64,000 nt of DNA from a candidate division FCPU426 bacterium (GCA_030041545.1 JASHNQ010000049.1:32374-96373); one strand, 5' to 3'. Shown: positions 31,484-40,795, counted from the first letter of the stretch. Numbers and translations: made by a program. Notes: a model not told the origin generated them from the letters alone.

Positions 31484-31888
31484 ATGAAAGTCATCCCAAT
31501 CCATACCGATCAACGCGAGCAAATTCTGGACATCACGGCCCCAATCCGCAATCTCGTGGCCCAGGGCGCCTTCTCATCAGGGGTTCTCTTTCTTTTTTGC
31601 CCCCACACGACCGCAGCTATCACCATCAACGAGAATGCCGATCCCGACGTCAAAAGGGATATTCTCTACCACCTCAAGAAAGCCATCCCCCAATCGCCCG
31701 ATTTCAAGCATTTCGAGGACAACGCCGATGCCCACATTAAGTCCGTGTTAACGGGATTTTCGTTGGTTTTAATCGTGGAAAACGGAAAAATCCAACTGGG
31801 CCGCTGGCAGGGGATTTACTTCTGCGAGTTCGACGGCCCCAAGGACCGGGAGGTTTGGGTGAAAGCGGTACCGGATCAAGGGGTTTGA
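31484..31888 (+). CDS. yjbQ: YjbQ/UPF0047 family protein
   Basis: FCPHTTAAITINENADPDV, NADAHIKS, LGRWQGIYFCEFDGP. Confidence 0.9.
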   Translation: MKVIPIHTDQREQILDITAPIRNLVAQGAFSSGVLFLFCPHTTAAITINENADPDVKRDILYHLKKAIPQSPDFKHFEDNADAHIKSVLTGFSLVLIVENGKIQLGRWQGIYFCEFDGPKDREVWVKAVPDQGV

Positions 31889-31900
31889 AATACCCCGTTG

Positions 31901-32854
31901 TTACTGTTTCTTTTCGTCCCTTTCGAATTCCTCTTCCAAACTGAAATACCTTTCACCCATGTCGCAACAAAGGGTGACCACACGGGCCTCAGGCCCCAGT
32001 TTCTTGGCGACCTTGACGGCCACTGCCACGTTGGCTCCCGAGGAAATACCCAAAAGCAGTCCTTCTTCCCGGGCCAACCGCTTGGTCATCAGGAAGGCTT
32101 CCTTGTCATCCACCGTGATCATCTCGTCTACAATCGACCGGTTCAAGACCGGAGGCACGAAACCCGCCCCGATGCCCTGGATTCGGTGGATGCCAGGTTT
32201 TCCCCCTGAAAGCACCGCCGAGGCCGCCGGTTCCACTCCCACTATCTGTATTTTGGGGTTCTTGGCCTTGAAATATTCCCCTACCCCCGTGATGGTTCCA
32301 CCTGTCCCGATGCCCGCCACAAAGGCGTCCAGCCTTCCCTTCGTATCCTTTTCGATCTCGGGCGCCGTGGTCCTTTTGTGCGCCTCCGGGTTGGCCCGGT
32401 TGGCGAATTGCTCCGGCATGAAATAGTCCGGGTGCTGCTCTTTGATTTCCTTGGCCTTTCGGACGGCCTCCGCCATCAATCCTTGGGCGGGGGTTAAAAC
32501 CAATTCGGCGCCATATGCCCTCAAAAGCACCCGGCGCTCCTGGCTCATATCCTCGGGCATGACGAGGATCAACCGGTAACCCCTTTGGGCGCAAACCAAA
32601 GCCAGCCCGATGCCCGTGTTGCCGCTGGTGGGCTCCACCAAGGTTCCGCCGGGTTTTACGAGGCCGCGTTTTTCCGCATCCTCGATCATGGCCAGGGCGA
32701 TTCGGTCCTTCACGCTGCCGCCGGGATTGTAAAACTCCAGCTTGCAGAGGATTTGGGCCCCTCCCCTTTCCGGAATGCGTTGGAGTTTCAGCAGGGGGGT
32801 GTTGCCGATGATTTGGGTGATGTCGGTGGCCAAGGGATAACGGTTGTAGGTCAT
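31901..32854 (-). CDS. cysK: Cysteine synthase A
   Basis: IGNTPL, NPGGSVKDRIA, EPTSGNTGIGLA, GIGTGGT, HRIQGIGAGF. Confidence 0.92.
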   Translation of the reverse strand: MTYNRYPLATDITQIIGNTPLLKLQRIPERGGAQILCKLEFYNPGGSVKDRIALAMIEDAEKRGLVKPGGTLVEPTSGNTGIGLALVCAQRGYRLILVMPEDMSQERRVLLRAYGAELVLTPAQGLMAEAVRKAKEIKEQHPDYFMPEQFANRANPEAHKRTTAPEIEKDTKGRLDAFVAGIGTGGTITGVGEYFKAKNPKIQIVGVEPAASAVLSGGKPGIHRIQGIGAGFVPPVLNRSIVDEMITVDDKEAFLMTKRLAREEGLLLGISSGANVAVAVKVAKKLGPEARVVTLCCDMGERYFSLEEEFERDEKKQ

Positions 32855-33459
32855 GGGGTTACAACCGCCCCTTCCTCCAACAGCCGCGCCGGGCATTTGC
32901 CGGAGGCATGGACTTCATGATGGAAGGACACTCCCGAATCAAGGGAGGTGACCCATACCTTGTTTTCCAAGGGTGTGCTTCCCTTCAAAACCCACTGTAA
33001 CGCTTCGGAGGCCGCCAGGGCGCCCAACAAGCGTTGGACCGTAGGGGTTCCGCGGGTGAAGGCCTTGGGATTGAGAGTTTCAAAACATTCCAGGCACGGG
33101 CAGTGGCCGCCTTGATGGGAAGCGGCGAAAAGGGCGTAGCCACTTCCCGCGCACCAGGCGAAAAGGGAAGGCATGCGGTTTTTCCGGAGCAGGCGGCTGG
33201 CGCGCCGACGGAAGGCGGAATCTTCCGTGAGAACCAGGGTGAGGTCCGCTTCCCCGGTTGGAGCTTGAGGGACGTCGGTTTTCCATTGAACAAGGTGGGA
33301 AACACCGGTGGACTTTAAGGCGATCTCGGCCGCCGTAAGGATCGCGCCTTCCCCCACCAGAAGAATCCGGGCGGTGGCCCACTTGGTTTGGCCTTCCACA
33401 CCGACTTCGGGAAGGATGACTTGGCGGGAATATCTATCGGAAGGGCCGGTTTCTCCCAT
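32851..33459 (-). CDS. Degenerate ThiF/MoeB paralogue (keeps RYSRQ, lacks the adenylation core)
   Basis: DRYSRQVILPEVGVEGQ, VGEGAI in place of GxGGLG, no SNLxRQ; CLEC and LGALAASEAL retained. ATGA overlap with cysK. Confidence 0.75.
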   Translation of the reverse strand: MGETGPSDRYSRQVILPEVGVEGQTKWATARILLVGEGAILTAAEIALKSTGVSHLVQWKTDVPQAPTGEADLTLVLTEDSAFRRRASRLLRKNRMPSLFAWCAGSGYALFAASHQGGHCPCLECFETLNPKAFTRGTPTVQRLLGALAASEALQWVLKGSTPLENKVWVTSLDSGVSFHHEVHASGKCPARLLEEGAVVTP

Positions 33460-33463
33460 CCTC

Positions 33464-33709
33464 TTACTCGACGATGTCTTTAACGATAGGATTGACGTCG
33501 ATTCCCTGTTTGGAAAGATCGCCAAGGGCCTTTTGCACTTCCGTCTCCTCCCCCTCGATCTCCATTTGGACGTATCCGAAACCCTTGGTTATGGAGGCCC
33601 GGCGGATGTTGACCACAATGTCATATTTCTTGATCATCTTGGAAAGCACCGGCTCGGTGACCAGCTCGGTGGGATAATCCAGTTCGATGAGTTTTTTAAC
33701 TTCGGCCAA
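33464..33709 (-). CDS. NIL-domain protein
   Basis: LDYPTELVTEPVLSKMIKKYDIVVNIRRA...GYVQMEIEG. Confidence 0.85.
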   Translation of the reverse strand: MAEVKKLIELDYPTELVTEPVLSKMIKKYDIVVNIRRASITKGFGYVQMEIEGEETEVQKALGDLSKQGIDVNPIVKDIVE

Positions 33710-33783
33710 GGAGACCTCCGAGGAAGATGAAATTCGAACAGGGGAACAGGCGATTTCCGGCGCCTATTATCGCCTTTCTCCTT

Positions 33784-34071
33784 TCACCTCTTCACCTTTC
33801 CCCCGGCGATAGCCGGGACGATGGAAACCTGGTCCCCGGACTTGACGGCCGTGGCTTCCCCTTGCAGGAAACGGATGTCCTCTTCGTTCAAGTAAATGTT
33901 CACGAAGCGGCGAATTTTGCCGTTCTCATCACAAAGCCGGTCCTTCAAACCGTTGTAGTTATTCCCCAAGTTGTTGATCAGGTCGGAAATGGTGGCCCCT
34001 TCGGCATTCACCTCCGCCTGGTTGTTGGTCAGGTTCCTCAAGGGGGTTGGAATGAGAACTTTCACGGCCAT
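33784..34071 (-). CDS. MoaD/ThiS/CysO-family sulfur carrier protein with C-terminal extension
   Basis: [51 protein letters not shown]. Confidence 0.92.
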   Translation of the reverse strand: MAVKVLIPTPLRNLTNNQAEVNAEGATISDLINNLGNNYNGLKDRLCDENGKIRRFVNIYLNEEDIRFLQGEATAVKSGDQVSIVPAIAGGKVKR

Positions 34072-34323
34072 GGAAACTCCTCCTAAAACGAATGGTACCC
34101 TCATTTCCATTTTAAAATCGGGCAAAGCCCGGTGAAGTTATGAGGGTGATGCAGCTTTCAATTAGGGGGCCTTCGGCCCCGTTTTCATGGATGGATAAAC
34201 TGCATAAGGCAGGATTATGACGAAAGCCCCCCTTGATTTCCAGGGGAAAACATTGAAAGTCCGGCGCGGTCTGGTTTCCTGTCAAGTTACCGGAATAAAC
34301 CTTCCCCTATCGTGGACAGCGGC

Positions 34324-34780
34324 TTATTTCAACGTTTTGTATTTCAGGTTCAGCATGGTTTGGAGCGATCCCCGATGGTGGATTTCGTGATCCAGATTCC
34401 CCCGCATCAGGATAAGCCACTTGCTGGTTTTTCCCATGACTTCCCAGTCGTCTACTTCTTGGGCCTACTCGTTGTCCGGCATTCTCTTAAGAAGTTCGGC
34501 TTTTTCTTTTCCGAGTTTTTCGAAGTCCCGCAGATGCCGGTTCCATTCCTCCGGTTTTCCTTCCCCCGGTTGGATGCTGGCCCTGGGAATTTGCTTTTCG
34601 TTTTTAAGGACGGCCAAGGCCCATCGGTCGGCATCCACTAAATGTTTCAAAAGATCCGTAAAACTCAATTGTCCGGCGGAGGGCCGCCACCCCCGGTCTT
34701 CCGAAACCACTTGTTTAAATCTTTTCAGGCTGGATTCCCGAACCATTCCCGAGAATGGCCAGCCTTTCCCCTTCAGTCAT
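34324..34780 (-). pseudogene. DinB-family pseudogene
   Basis: RBS and MTEGERLAILG, a frameshift into MVRESS...LLKHL, an in-frame TAG at 34465-34467, then ...LDHEIHHR and a second frameshift before SLQTMLNLKY. Confidence 0.75.
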
Positions 34781-34828
34781 TATTGCCTCCCATCGTGGAA
34801 ATGGCCCGATCCATAACGAGCCAAACAT

Positions 34829-36877
34829 TCACTTCAAAAGCGGGAACTCCGTCACCCTCAGGCGCGTGGAGCCGTAAGGAACGAGGGTCAAATCTTCCTC
34901 AGGCTCCGCGCTTTCCACCGGGCTTTGGGGCGGTGGCTCGGCGGCTCCGGTGGCGAAGGCCCAATCATCCAAGCGCCTGCCCTTCACGGCCACCTTGAGG
35001 GGCGCTCCTTCTAATGTGAAGGGATCGCCTTGGAGAGTCCCTTCCTGGAGGGATAAGGACTTGTCCGGGTCCCCAGGGTCAAGCGCCAAGGCGTAATTCC
35101 AAGGGCTGTCGGGCACTACAAAATAATCGCTTTTATGGTCACCCTTTGGCTGGTAGGGGAAAGGCCGGGCGGGTTTCCAAATTTCCTTCAGCCCCAAGCT
35201 GAACACCAGAGGCCCCCGCTCCACGCTGACGGCGTCACGGAACCACCGTTGGACCTTGAAAGCCATGGGAAGGTGAAGCTGCAGGGTTTCGGTCCCATTC
35301 CATTGGCGCAGGATCTTTTGAAAGCTACCGGCTTCTGGCTTTTGGGTGCTCCCATCCGGCAAGGTCAAGGTCGCGCCTTGCGCCCATTCGGGGATGCGCA
35401 AATAAAACGGGAATTGCAAAGGCATTTGCGTCGTCACCTTAAAGGCCAATTCTTCGCTGAAAGGATAATCGGTGGTTAATTCCACCTTGACCGTTTGTCC
35501 GGATATTTGGGTTTCCACGGACGAAGGGGCATAAACCACCGCCGCCAGGCCCCCATCAGGGGTCGCCATCCATAGGTGGGAGGTGAATTTAGGCCATCCC
35601 TGGTGGAAATTGGCCGTGCAACAGCCGTATTGGGGCTCCAAGCCGAAGAGGTTGGATTCCCCCCGGTTAGTGGTGTAAACGGGCTGGGGCACGTAAACGC
35701 AGGCCACCTGGTTGGCTTGTTCGTCGTATTGGTGTTCCCAATAATCCGGCGAACAAGCGGCCGGAAGGGCGTTGAAGGCTATTTTTTCCAGCCGGTCCGC
35801 GTCCCCCACATTCCCCAAAATAGCCAAATTGGTTTCCAAGGAATACATCGTTTCAACGATGGTGCAAAGTTCCGTCCCCTGGGAGGGGTTCCTTCCCGCC
35901 AGGCACTCATCCGCGCTGAAAAGCCCGTTGGCCTCCCCATGGTAACGGTCCAGCTCCTGGAGCGCCTGGCGGGATAGTTTTTTGTATTTATCATTGCCGC
36001 TCAAGCGGTAGAGGAGGGCTGACACCTTAAGGCCCATGGCGTTGTTGACGCCGTGGGTGAACCAGTTCCACCGGGGGGTCTTGTCTTTCATGGGAAGGTC
36101 GGAAAAGTATTTTGGCCAGTCATAGCCTTGGGTCGCCGCTTTCCAGGCCAGGTCCAACAGCCATGGCTCATGGGTGCGGTCGTAGAGCCAGAATAGGCAG
36201 ACCAGGAAGTCTCCCCATCGGAAATAATTCCAGCCGAAAAGCGGCCTCTGGTTCAGTTGGTTGTCGAGGCACCAGAAGTCCTTCTCCATGGCCGGGATGA
36301 CCCGGGGGTCGCCCGTGGCCTCCTCGTACTGGGCCAGGACTTTCAGGATGATGAACTGGGGCCATGGGTCCCGGGGATCGGACCCAGGCGCGCCGACCGG
36401 CGCGCCGGTGGGGGGAGGGCTTTGCTCCGGCCCCAGCCAACCATCCGGCAGCTGGTGGGACAGGATATAGTCCATCCACCGTTTGACCTTGCGTTGGAGG
36501 CGTTCATCCCCGGTTTGATAGGCCAACGGAACCAAACCGTCCAGCCAATAGGGGGCCCTCTCCCAACCTTCGGCATGCCCCCCGATCCAACCGCTATCTT
36601 CCACGTCAGGCCAAAATTCGTCCAGGTGCCCGGTGAGCCCTCCCGCCTGCAGTTGGAGTTGCTCCAAGAGCCATCCTTCGGGCTTGACGCTGCCCAAAGG
36701 CAGGGATTGAAAAGCGGGAGGTTCGAGCCCGGCGGGCCGGTTCTGCTTTTTCCCCTCCTGGACCCTCAGGTAAACCAAGCCGAGCCATGCGGATAAAACC
36801 AGCGCCACAAGTACAAAAAAAGTCTTGGTCTTGGAACGCTTCTGGGGTTGGCTGTCTTGGGGGTGGTTTTCCGGCAT
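34829..36877 (-). CDS. GH127-like (beta-L-arabinofuranosidase-domain) glycoside hydrolase, membrane-anchored
   Basis: VKPEGWL, WERAPYWLDG, HGVN, GTELCTIVE, GCCTANFHQGWPKF, LVPYG. Confidence 0.85.
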   Translation of the reverse strand: MPENHPQDSQPQKRSKTKTFFVLVALVLSAWLGLVYLRVQEGKKQNRPAGLEPPAFQSLPLGSVKPEGWLLEQLQLQAGGLTGHLDEFWPDVEDSGWIGGHAEGWERAPYWLDGLVPLAYQTGDERLQRKVKRWMDYILSHQLPDGWLGPEQSPPPTGAPVGAPGSDPRDPWPQFIILKVLAQYEEATGDPRVIPAMEKDFWCLDNQLNQRPLFGWNYFRWGDFLVCLFWLYDRTHEPWLLDLAWKAATQGYDWPKYFSDLPMKDKTPRWNWFTHGVNNAMGLKVSALLYRLSGNDKYKKLSRQALQELDRYHGEANGLFSADECLAGRNPSQGTELCTIVETMYSLETNLAILGNVGDADRLEKIAFNALPAACSPDYWEHQYDEQANQVACVYVPQPVYTTNRGESNLFGLEPQYGCCTANFHQGWPKFTSHLWMATPDGGLAAVVYAPSSVETQISGQTVKVELTTDYPFSEELAFKVTTQMPLQFPFYLRIPEWAQGATLTLPDGSTQKPEAGSFQKILRQWNGTETLQLHLPMAFKVQRWFRDAVSVERGPLVFSLGLKEIWKPARPFPYQPKGDHKSDYFVVPDSPWNYALALDPGDPDKSLSLQEGTLQGDPFTLEGAPLKVAVKGRRLDDWAFATGAAEPPPQSPVESAEPEEDLTLVPYGSTRLRVTEFPLLK

Positions 36878-37183
36878 AGGGGCATTCTAGGGCTAAAAAA
36901 TCCGAAAAGAAAATTTTTGGCGAAAATGGGCTTTGTCACCACCCTTCGAGTAAACGGTTTTACCCAGGGTCACGGCGTTGATATTTAAGGCCGCTCCATT
37001 TAAAGTTAAGAAACAATTCAACAATGTTGTCACGCTCTCAACTTTTGCCGAATAGTTGGCGAAGGGTGGAAAACCAATAAGGAGAGCCAAAGGGAACCCT
37101 GCCTTGGGGCGGGCTTTGAATCCCTAATTACTAATCCTTCATTGGTTTTTTCTGTGCAAAAGTAAACTTATAAGAGAGGCCCT

Positions 37184-37510
37184 ATGACACCTTATATCGA
37201 CGCCTCGAACTCCGACCATCGTTTCTTAAAAAAAGTAGGCCGGAAGATCGGGGAGGTCCGCGCCCAAAAGGGCTATACCCAGTTCCAATTGGCGGAGCAA
37301 GCCGGGGTTTCCATCCAAATGGTCCAATATTGGGAGTCGGGCCGGAACATCACGTTGAAGACCCTTTACAACCTTGCTTTTCAACTGGACTGCCCCGTTG
37401 AGAATTTCCTGAAGGAGCCCCGCAACTTGACGGCTCAAAGGGGCAGGCCCCGCCTTAAAGGATTAAAGGCCGGCAAAAAAAAAGTCCGTAAGGAAAAAAG
37501 CCCTGGGTGA
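37184..37510 (+). CDS. XRE-family HTH regulator with AT-hook-like tail
   Basis: GYTQFQLAEQAGVSIQMVQYWESGRNITL and C-terminal QRGRPR. Confidence 0.82.
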   Translation: MTPYIDASNSDHRFLKKVGRKIGEVRAQKGYTQFQLAEQAGVSIQMVQYWESGRNITLKTLYNLAFQLDCPVENFLKEPRNLTAQRGRPRLKGLKAGKKKVRKEKSPG

Positions 37511-37641
37511 CTTCCATTCCGTTGAGCCGCTGAAACAAGTCCACTCCCTCGACCCAATCCTTTCAACCGTTTTAAAATCGACCGGGGACTGAAATATCCC
37601 TTTGTTTTAGGCTATTTTTTTGCCCCCTTTGCTTCCCGGGT

Positions 37642-38088
37642 TCAAGGGCCGGAGGAAGGAATGGAATTACGGGAGGAATGCCGCCAAGTCCAATAACCCG
37701 TCCAGCCGAGGCTCAAGAGGGACAGGAAGATGGCCAAAACGGGAAGAAAACCCGTTGAAAAGCTGTTGGAAGCCCAGGGACTGTCTTTCCTGATTTTGGA
37801 GACAAACTTGCGCAGGTCCGGATTGTCCGGATGGAGCCGCAGGCTTCTCTCCATGGACAGCACGGCCTCAGTCCGGTTGGCATCCTGGTAATAAGCCTCC
37901 CCCAGGAATTGGTAAGCCTGCCAGTAATCAGGCCTTTCGTCCACCGCCGCGCGGAAATACTGGATGGCCTTGTCATAATCCCGGTTCTTGAACAGCTCCA
38001 TGCCGGCGTTGTAATAATCCTCCGGGGCAATCGCCCAGCCCACCCCGGAAACCAATATCACCGCGAGTCCCCCAAGCAGTTTTTTCAT
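37642..38088 (-). CDS. Exported TPR protein with C-terminal TM
   Basis: Signal peptide, two TPRs (YNAGM...AYQFLGEAY...LHPDNP) and a C-terminal hydrophobic helix. Confidence 0.75.
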   Translation of the reverse strand: MKKLLGGLAVILVSGVGWAIAPEDYYNAGMELFKNRDYDKAIQYFRAAVDERPDYWQAYQFLGEAYYQDANRTEAVLSMERSLRLHPDNPDLRKFVSKIRKDSPWASNSFSTGFLPVLAIFLSLLSLGWTGYWTWRHSSRNSIPSSGP

Positions 38089-38092
38089 CGGT

Positions 38093-39322
38093 TCAGGCCG
38101 GGACCAGTTGGGTGGCCTCAAAGGCGGCGAGGTTGGGCTGGATGACCTTCACTTCCCTCAAATGGCCTGTCACGGCTTCCTGGGTTTTCAGGCCCGTTCC
38201 GGTCACGTAAGCCACGGTCACGGCATCCGGATCCAAGGCTCCCGATCCGGCCAGCTTTTTCAGGCATCCGATGGTGACGCCGCCGGCGGTTTCCGCGAAT
38301 AGTCCTTCGGTGCGGGCCAACAGTTTGATGCCTTCCACGATTTCCTCGTCCGTGACCATCTCGGCCCCGCCCTTGGAATCGGCGATGGTCCTTAAGGCGT
38401 AAAAACCGTCGGCGGGATTGCCGATGGCCAAGGACTTGGCGATGGTATTGGGCTTGACCGGCCGGAAAGTGTCGGTCTTGGCTTTATAAGCGGTGGTCAC
38501 AGGCGAACAGCCGGCGGCCTGGGCGCCGAAAACTCTCATGGGCTTGTTTTCAATGAGGCCCACTTTGATGAACTCCTGGGTCCCCTTCCAAATCTTGGTC
38601 AAAAGGGACCCGGAAGCCACGGGGACAACGACTTGGTCCGGTGCTTTCCAGCCCAACTGCTCCGCCACTTCGAACCCGAGGGTTTTGGAGCCCTCGGCGT
38701 AATAGGGCCTCATATTAATGTTCACGAAGGCCCATTTATGCTTGCCGGCGATTTCGCTGCAAAGACGGTTGACGTCGTCATAATTGCCGTTGACCCCGAT
38801 GAGGTTCGGGTCGTAGATCAGCGAGGCCGTCACTTTGCTGGTTTCCAGGTTGGAGGGAATGAACACAAAGCGTTTCATGCCGCCCTTGGCCCCATAGGCC
38901 GAAACCGCGTTGGCTAGGTTGCCGGTCGAGGCGCAGGCTAAGGTATCGAAACCCAGTTCCAGGGCCCGGGTGGAGGCCACGGCCACCACGCGATCCTTGA
39001 AGGAATGGGTGGGGTTGGCGCAGTCGTTCTTCACGTAAAGTCGGGAAAGGCCCAATTCCTCGCCCAGCCGTTCGGCGCGGATCAAGGGCGTATAACCTTC
39101 CTCCAGGGTGTTGTAGCGGGTTCCCTCGACGGGCAGGAACTCCCGGTAGCGCCAGATATTCAGCGGGCGGGCAGCGATCTTTCCGCGGGAAACATCTGTC
39201 TTGATCTTGTCGTAATCATAGGCTGCTTCCAAGGGCCCAAAGCAGAACTCACAGACGTATTTGGCCGTTTTTTCGTATTCCTGGCCGCATTCCCTGCATT
39301 TCAAAGACTTTACGTAACCCAT
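38093..39322 (-). CDS. Threonine synthase-like PLP enzyme (second paralogue, Zn-ribbon N-terminus), probably sulfur metabolism
   Basis: CRECG...CEFC, NPTHSFKDR, CASTGNLA, SLAIGNPADG, ETAGG; preceded by a SAM-I riboswitch. Confidence 0.85.
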   Translation of the reverse strand: MGYVKSLKCRECGQEYEKTAKYVCEFCFGPLEAAYDYDKIKTDVSRGKIAARPLNIWRYREFLPVEGTRYNTLEEGYTPLIRAERLGEELGLSRLYVKNDCANPTHSFKDRVVAVASTRALELGFDTLACASTGNLANAVSAYGAKGGMKRFVFIPSNLETSKVTASLIYDPNLIGVNGNYDDVNRLCSEIAGKHKWAFVNINMRPYYAEGSKTLGFEVAEQLGWKAPDQVVVPVASGSLLTKIWKGTQEFIKVGLIENKPMRVFGAQAAGCSPVTTAYKAKTDTFRPVKPNTIAKSLAIGNPADGFYALRTIADSKGGAEMVTDEEIVEGIKLLARTEGLFAETAGGVTIGCLKKLAGSGALDPDAVTVAYVTGTGLKTQEAVTGHLREVKVIQPNLAAFEATQLVPA

Positions 39323-39359
39323 CGTTTTTCCCTTCCGCTCCCGGAAAAGGCCTCGGCTC

Positions 39360-39392
39360 AAAAAAAAAGGCCCCATCCTGAGATGGAAGCCT
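39360..39392 (-). terminator. Riboswitch terminator
   Basis: AGGCTTCCATC-TCAG-GATGGGGCCT-TTTTTTTT. Confidence 0.8.
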
Positions 39393-39411
39393 TTGAGGTT
39401 TGGATTTCCAT

Positions 39412-39530
39412 CTCTCATCTTTCCCCGGATCGTCGTCCCTTTCCGGAGCAGGATTTGGCACCTGGCGACCCTTTTCGGTCCGGTTGCCGTGGCATCAACG
39501 GGCCTGTCCCTCCGCCACTCGCGATAAGAG
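39412..39530 (-). promoter_or_regulatory. SAM-I (S-box) riboswitch
   Basis: CTCTTATC-GCGAG-TGGCGGAGGGACAGGCCC...GCCACGGCAACC...GGTGCCAAATCC...AAGATGAGAG. Confidence 0.93.
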
Positions 39531-39548
39531 CGTTTAATTGTTCAATGA

Positions 39549-39577
39549 ATATTACTCAGTGCGCCTTTCCCTGTCAA
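39549..39577 (-). promoter_or_regulatory. Sigma70-type promoter of the SAM-I leader
   Basis: TTGACA-N17-TAATAT. Confidence 0.6.
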
Positions 39578-39652
39578 GGCCACCGCCATAGCCGGTGGCG
39601 GGTGGCTGTTAGTGGATGGTAAAGGCTACCCGCCATCCGCTACAAGCTGCCA

Positions 39653-40132
39653 TTAATCCGCCGCTACCTCGATTTTGAGGATTTCATACTGCAGCAGTCC
39701 CACCGGCACCTGGATATCCGCCTTGTCCCCGACTTTTTTGCCGATAAGCCCCCGGGCGATGGGGGTTCGGATGGAAATCTTGTTTTGGGCAAAGTTGGCT
39801 TCCTCCTCGCCCACTAGTCGGTAGATTTCCTCCTGTTTGGTTTTGAGGTCCATGACGGTCACCACGCACCCGATGGAAACGTGCTCGCCGGTGATGTTCT
39901 CGTCCTCCAAAATGCGGGCTCGGGCCAGCTTGTCCTCCAGCTCGCGGATGCGCGCCTCCAAAAGCCCTTGTTCCTGCTTGGCGGCGTCGTACTCCGCGTT
40001 TTCCTTCAGGTCCCCGTGGGCCCTCGCTTCCTCCAAGGCCTTCGCCACCTGGGGCCGGCGGACCATTTTGAGTTTGTTCAATTCGTCTTGGAGCTTATCC
40101 CGGGTGGCCCGGGACACAAGGAAATCCGACAT
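39653..40132 (-). CDS. greA: Transcription elongation factor GreA
   Basis: ARAHGDLKENAEYDAAK, ISIRTPIARGLIGK. Confidence 0.95.
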   Translation of the reverse strand: MSDFLVSRATRDKLQDELNKLKMVRRPQVAKALEEARAHGDLKENAEYDAAKQEQGLLEARIRELEDKLARARILEDENITGEHVSIGCVVTVMDLKTKQEEIYRLVGEEEANFAQNKISIRTPIARGLIGKKVGDKADIQVPVGLLQYEILKIEVAAD

Positions 40133-40270
40133 GGAACTCTCCAAAATTAAATTTCAAGCCCGGAATTTTCGGCCTTGTCCAAAATCCCATTCCTCAAGGG
40201 AATGGCCTGCGGGAGATTCCCCATCCCCCGGAACATTTTGAATGGAGGGCAACTCAAAAGCCCGAACGAA

Positions 40271-40738
40271 TCAAGACTTTGCGTTCTTCTGACACTTCTG
40301 GCACAACCCGTACAACTGCATCCGGTGGGAAGTGATCTTAAAACCATGCTTCCGGCTGACCTGCTCCTGCAGCTCCTCGATTTGGGGGTTCAAAAATTCA
40401 ATATAGGCGCCGCATTGGGTGCAAATCATATGGTCGTGGTGGCGCCGGTTGAACTCCGGCTCGTATTTTATCCGCCCGTCCCCAAAATCCAACTCCCGGG
40501 CCAGGCCGCACTGGGTGAGGTGTTTCAGGGTGCGGTAAACCGTGGCGAAGCCAACGTGGGGCTTTTTTTCCCGGGCTCTTTGGTAAAGTTCCTCCGCCGA
40601 GATATGCCCTCCCTGGGCCAAGAAAGCCTCCAGAATCAACTCCCTCTGGGACGTCAGCTTAAGGTCTTTCCCCTTCAGGTATTGGCTGAAAACCTCGTAT
40701 TCCCTTTCCCTCCGTTTATCTTTAACGGCGTTTTTCAT
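40271..40738 (-). CDS. fur: Fur-family metalloregulator
   Basis: LTSQR, HISAEELY, ATVYRTL, HHDHMICTQCG, YGLCQKC. Confidence 0.88.
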   Translation of the reverse strand: MKNAVKDKRREREYEVFSQYLKGKDLKLTSQRELILEAFLAQGGHISAEELYQRAREKKPHVGFATVYRTLKHLTQCGLARELDFGDGRIKYEPEFNRRHHDHMICTQCGAYIEFLNPQIEELQEQVSRKHGFKITSHRMQLYGLCQKCQKNAKS

Positions 40739-40795
40739 AAGGTATCCTTCACGGTAAGCTTGTCCCGGCGAAGGGTTCGATTGGTTTGGGAAATT

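Noticed and set aside
34465-34467. Pyrrolysine or readthrough at the in-frame TAG
   Set aside because: The same gene also has two frameshifts, so decay is the simpler explanation.
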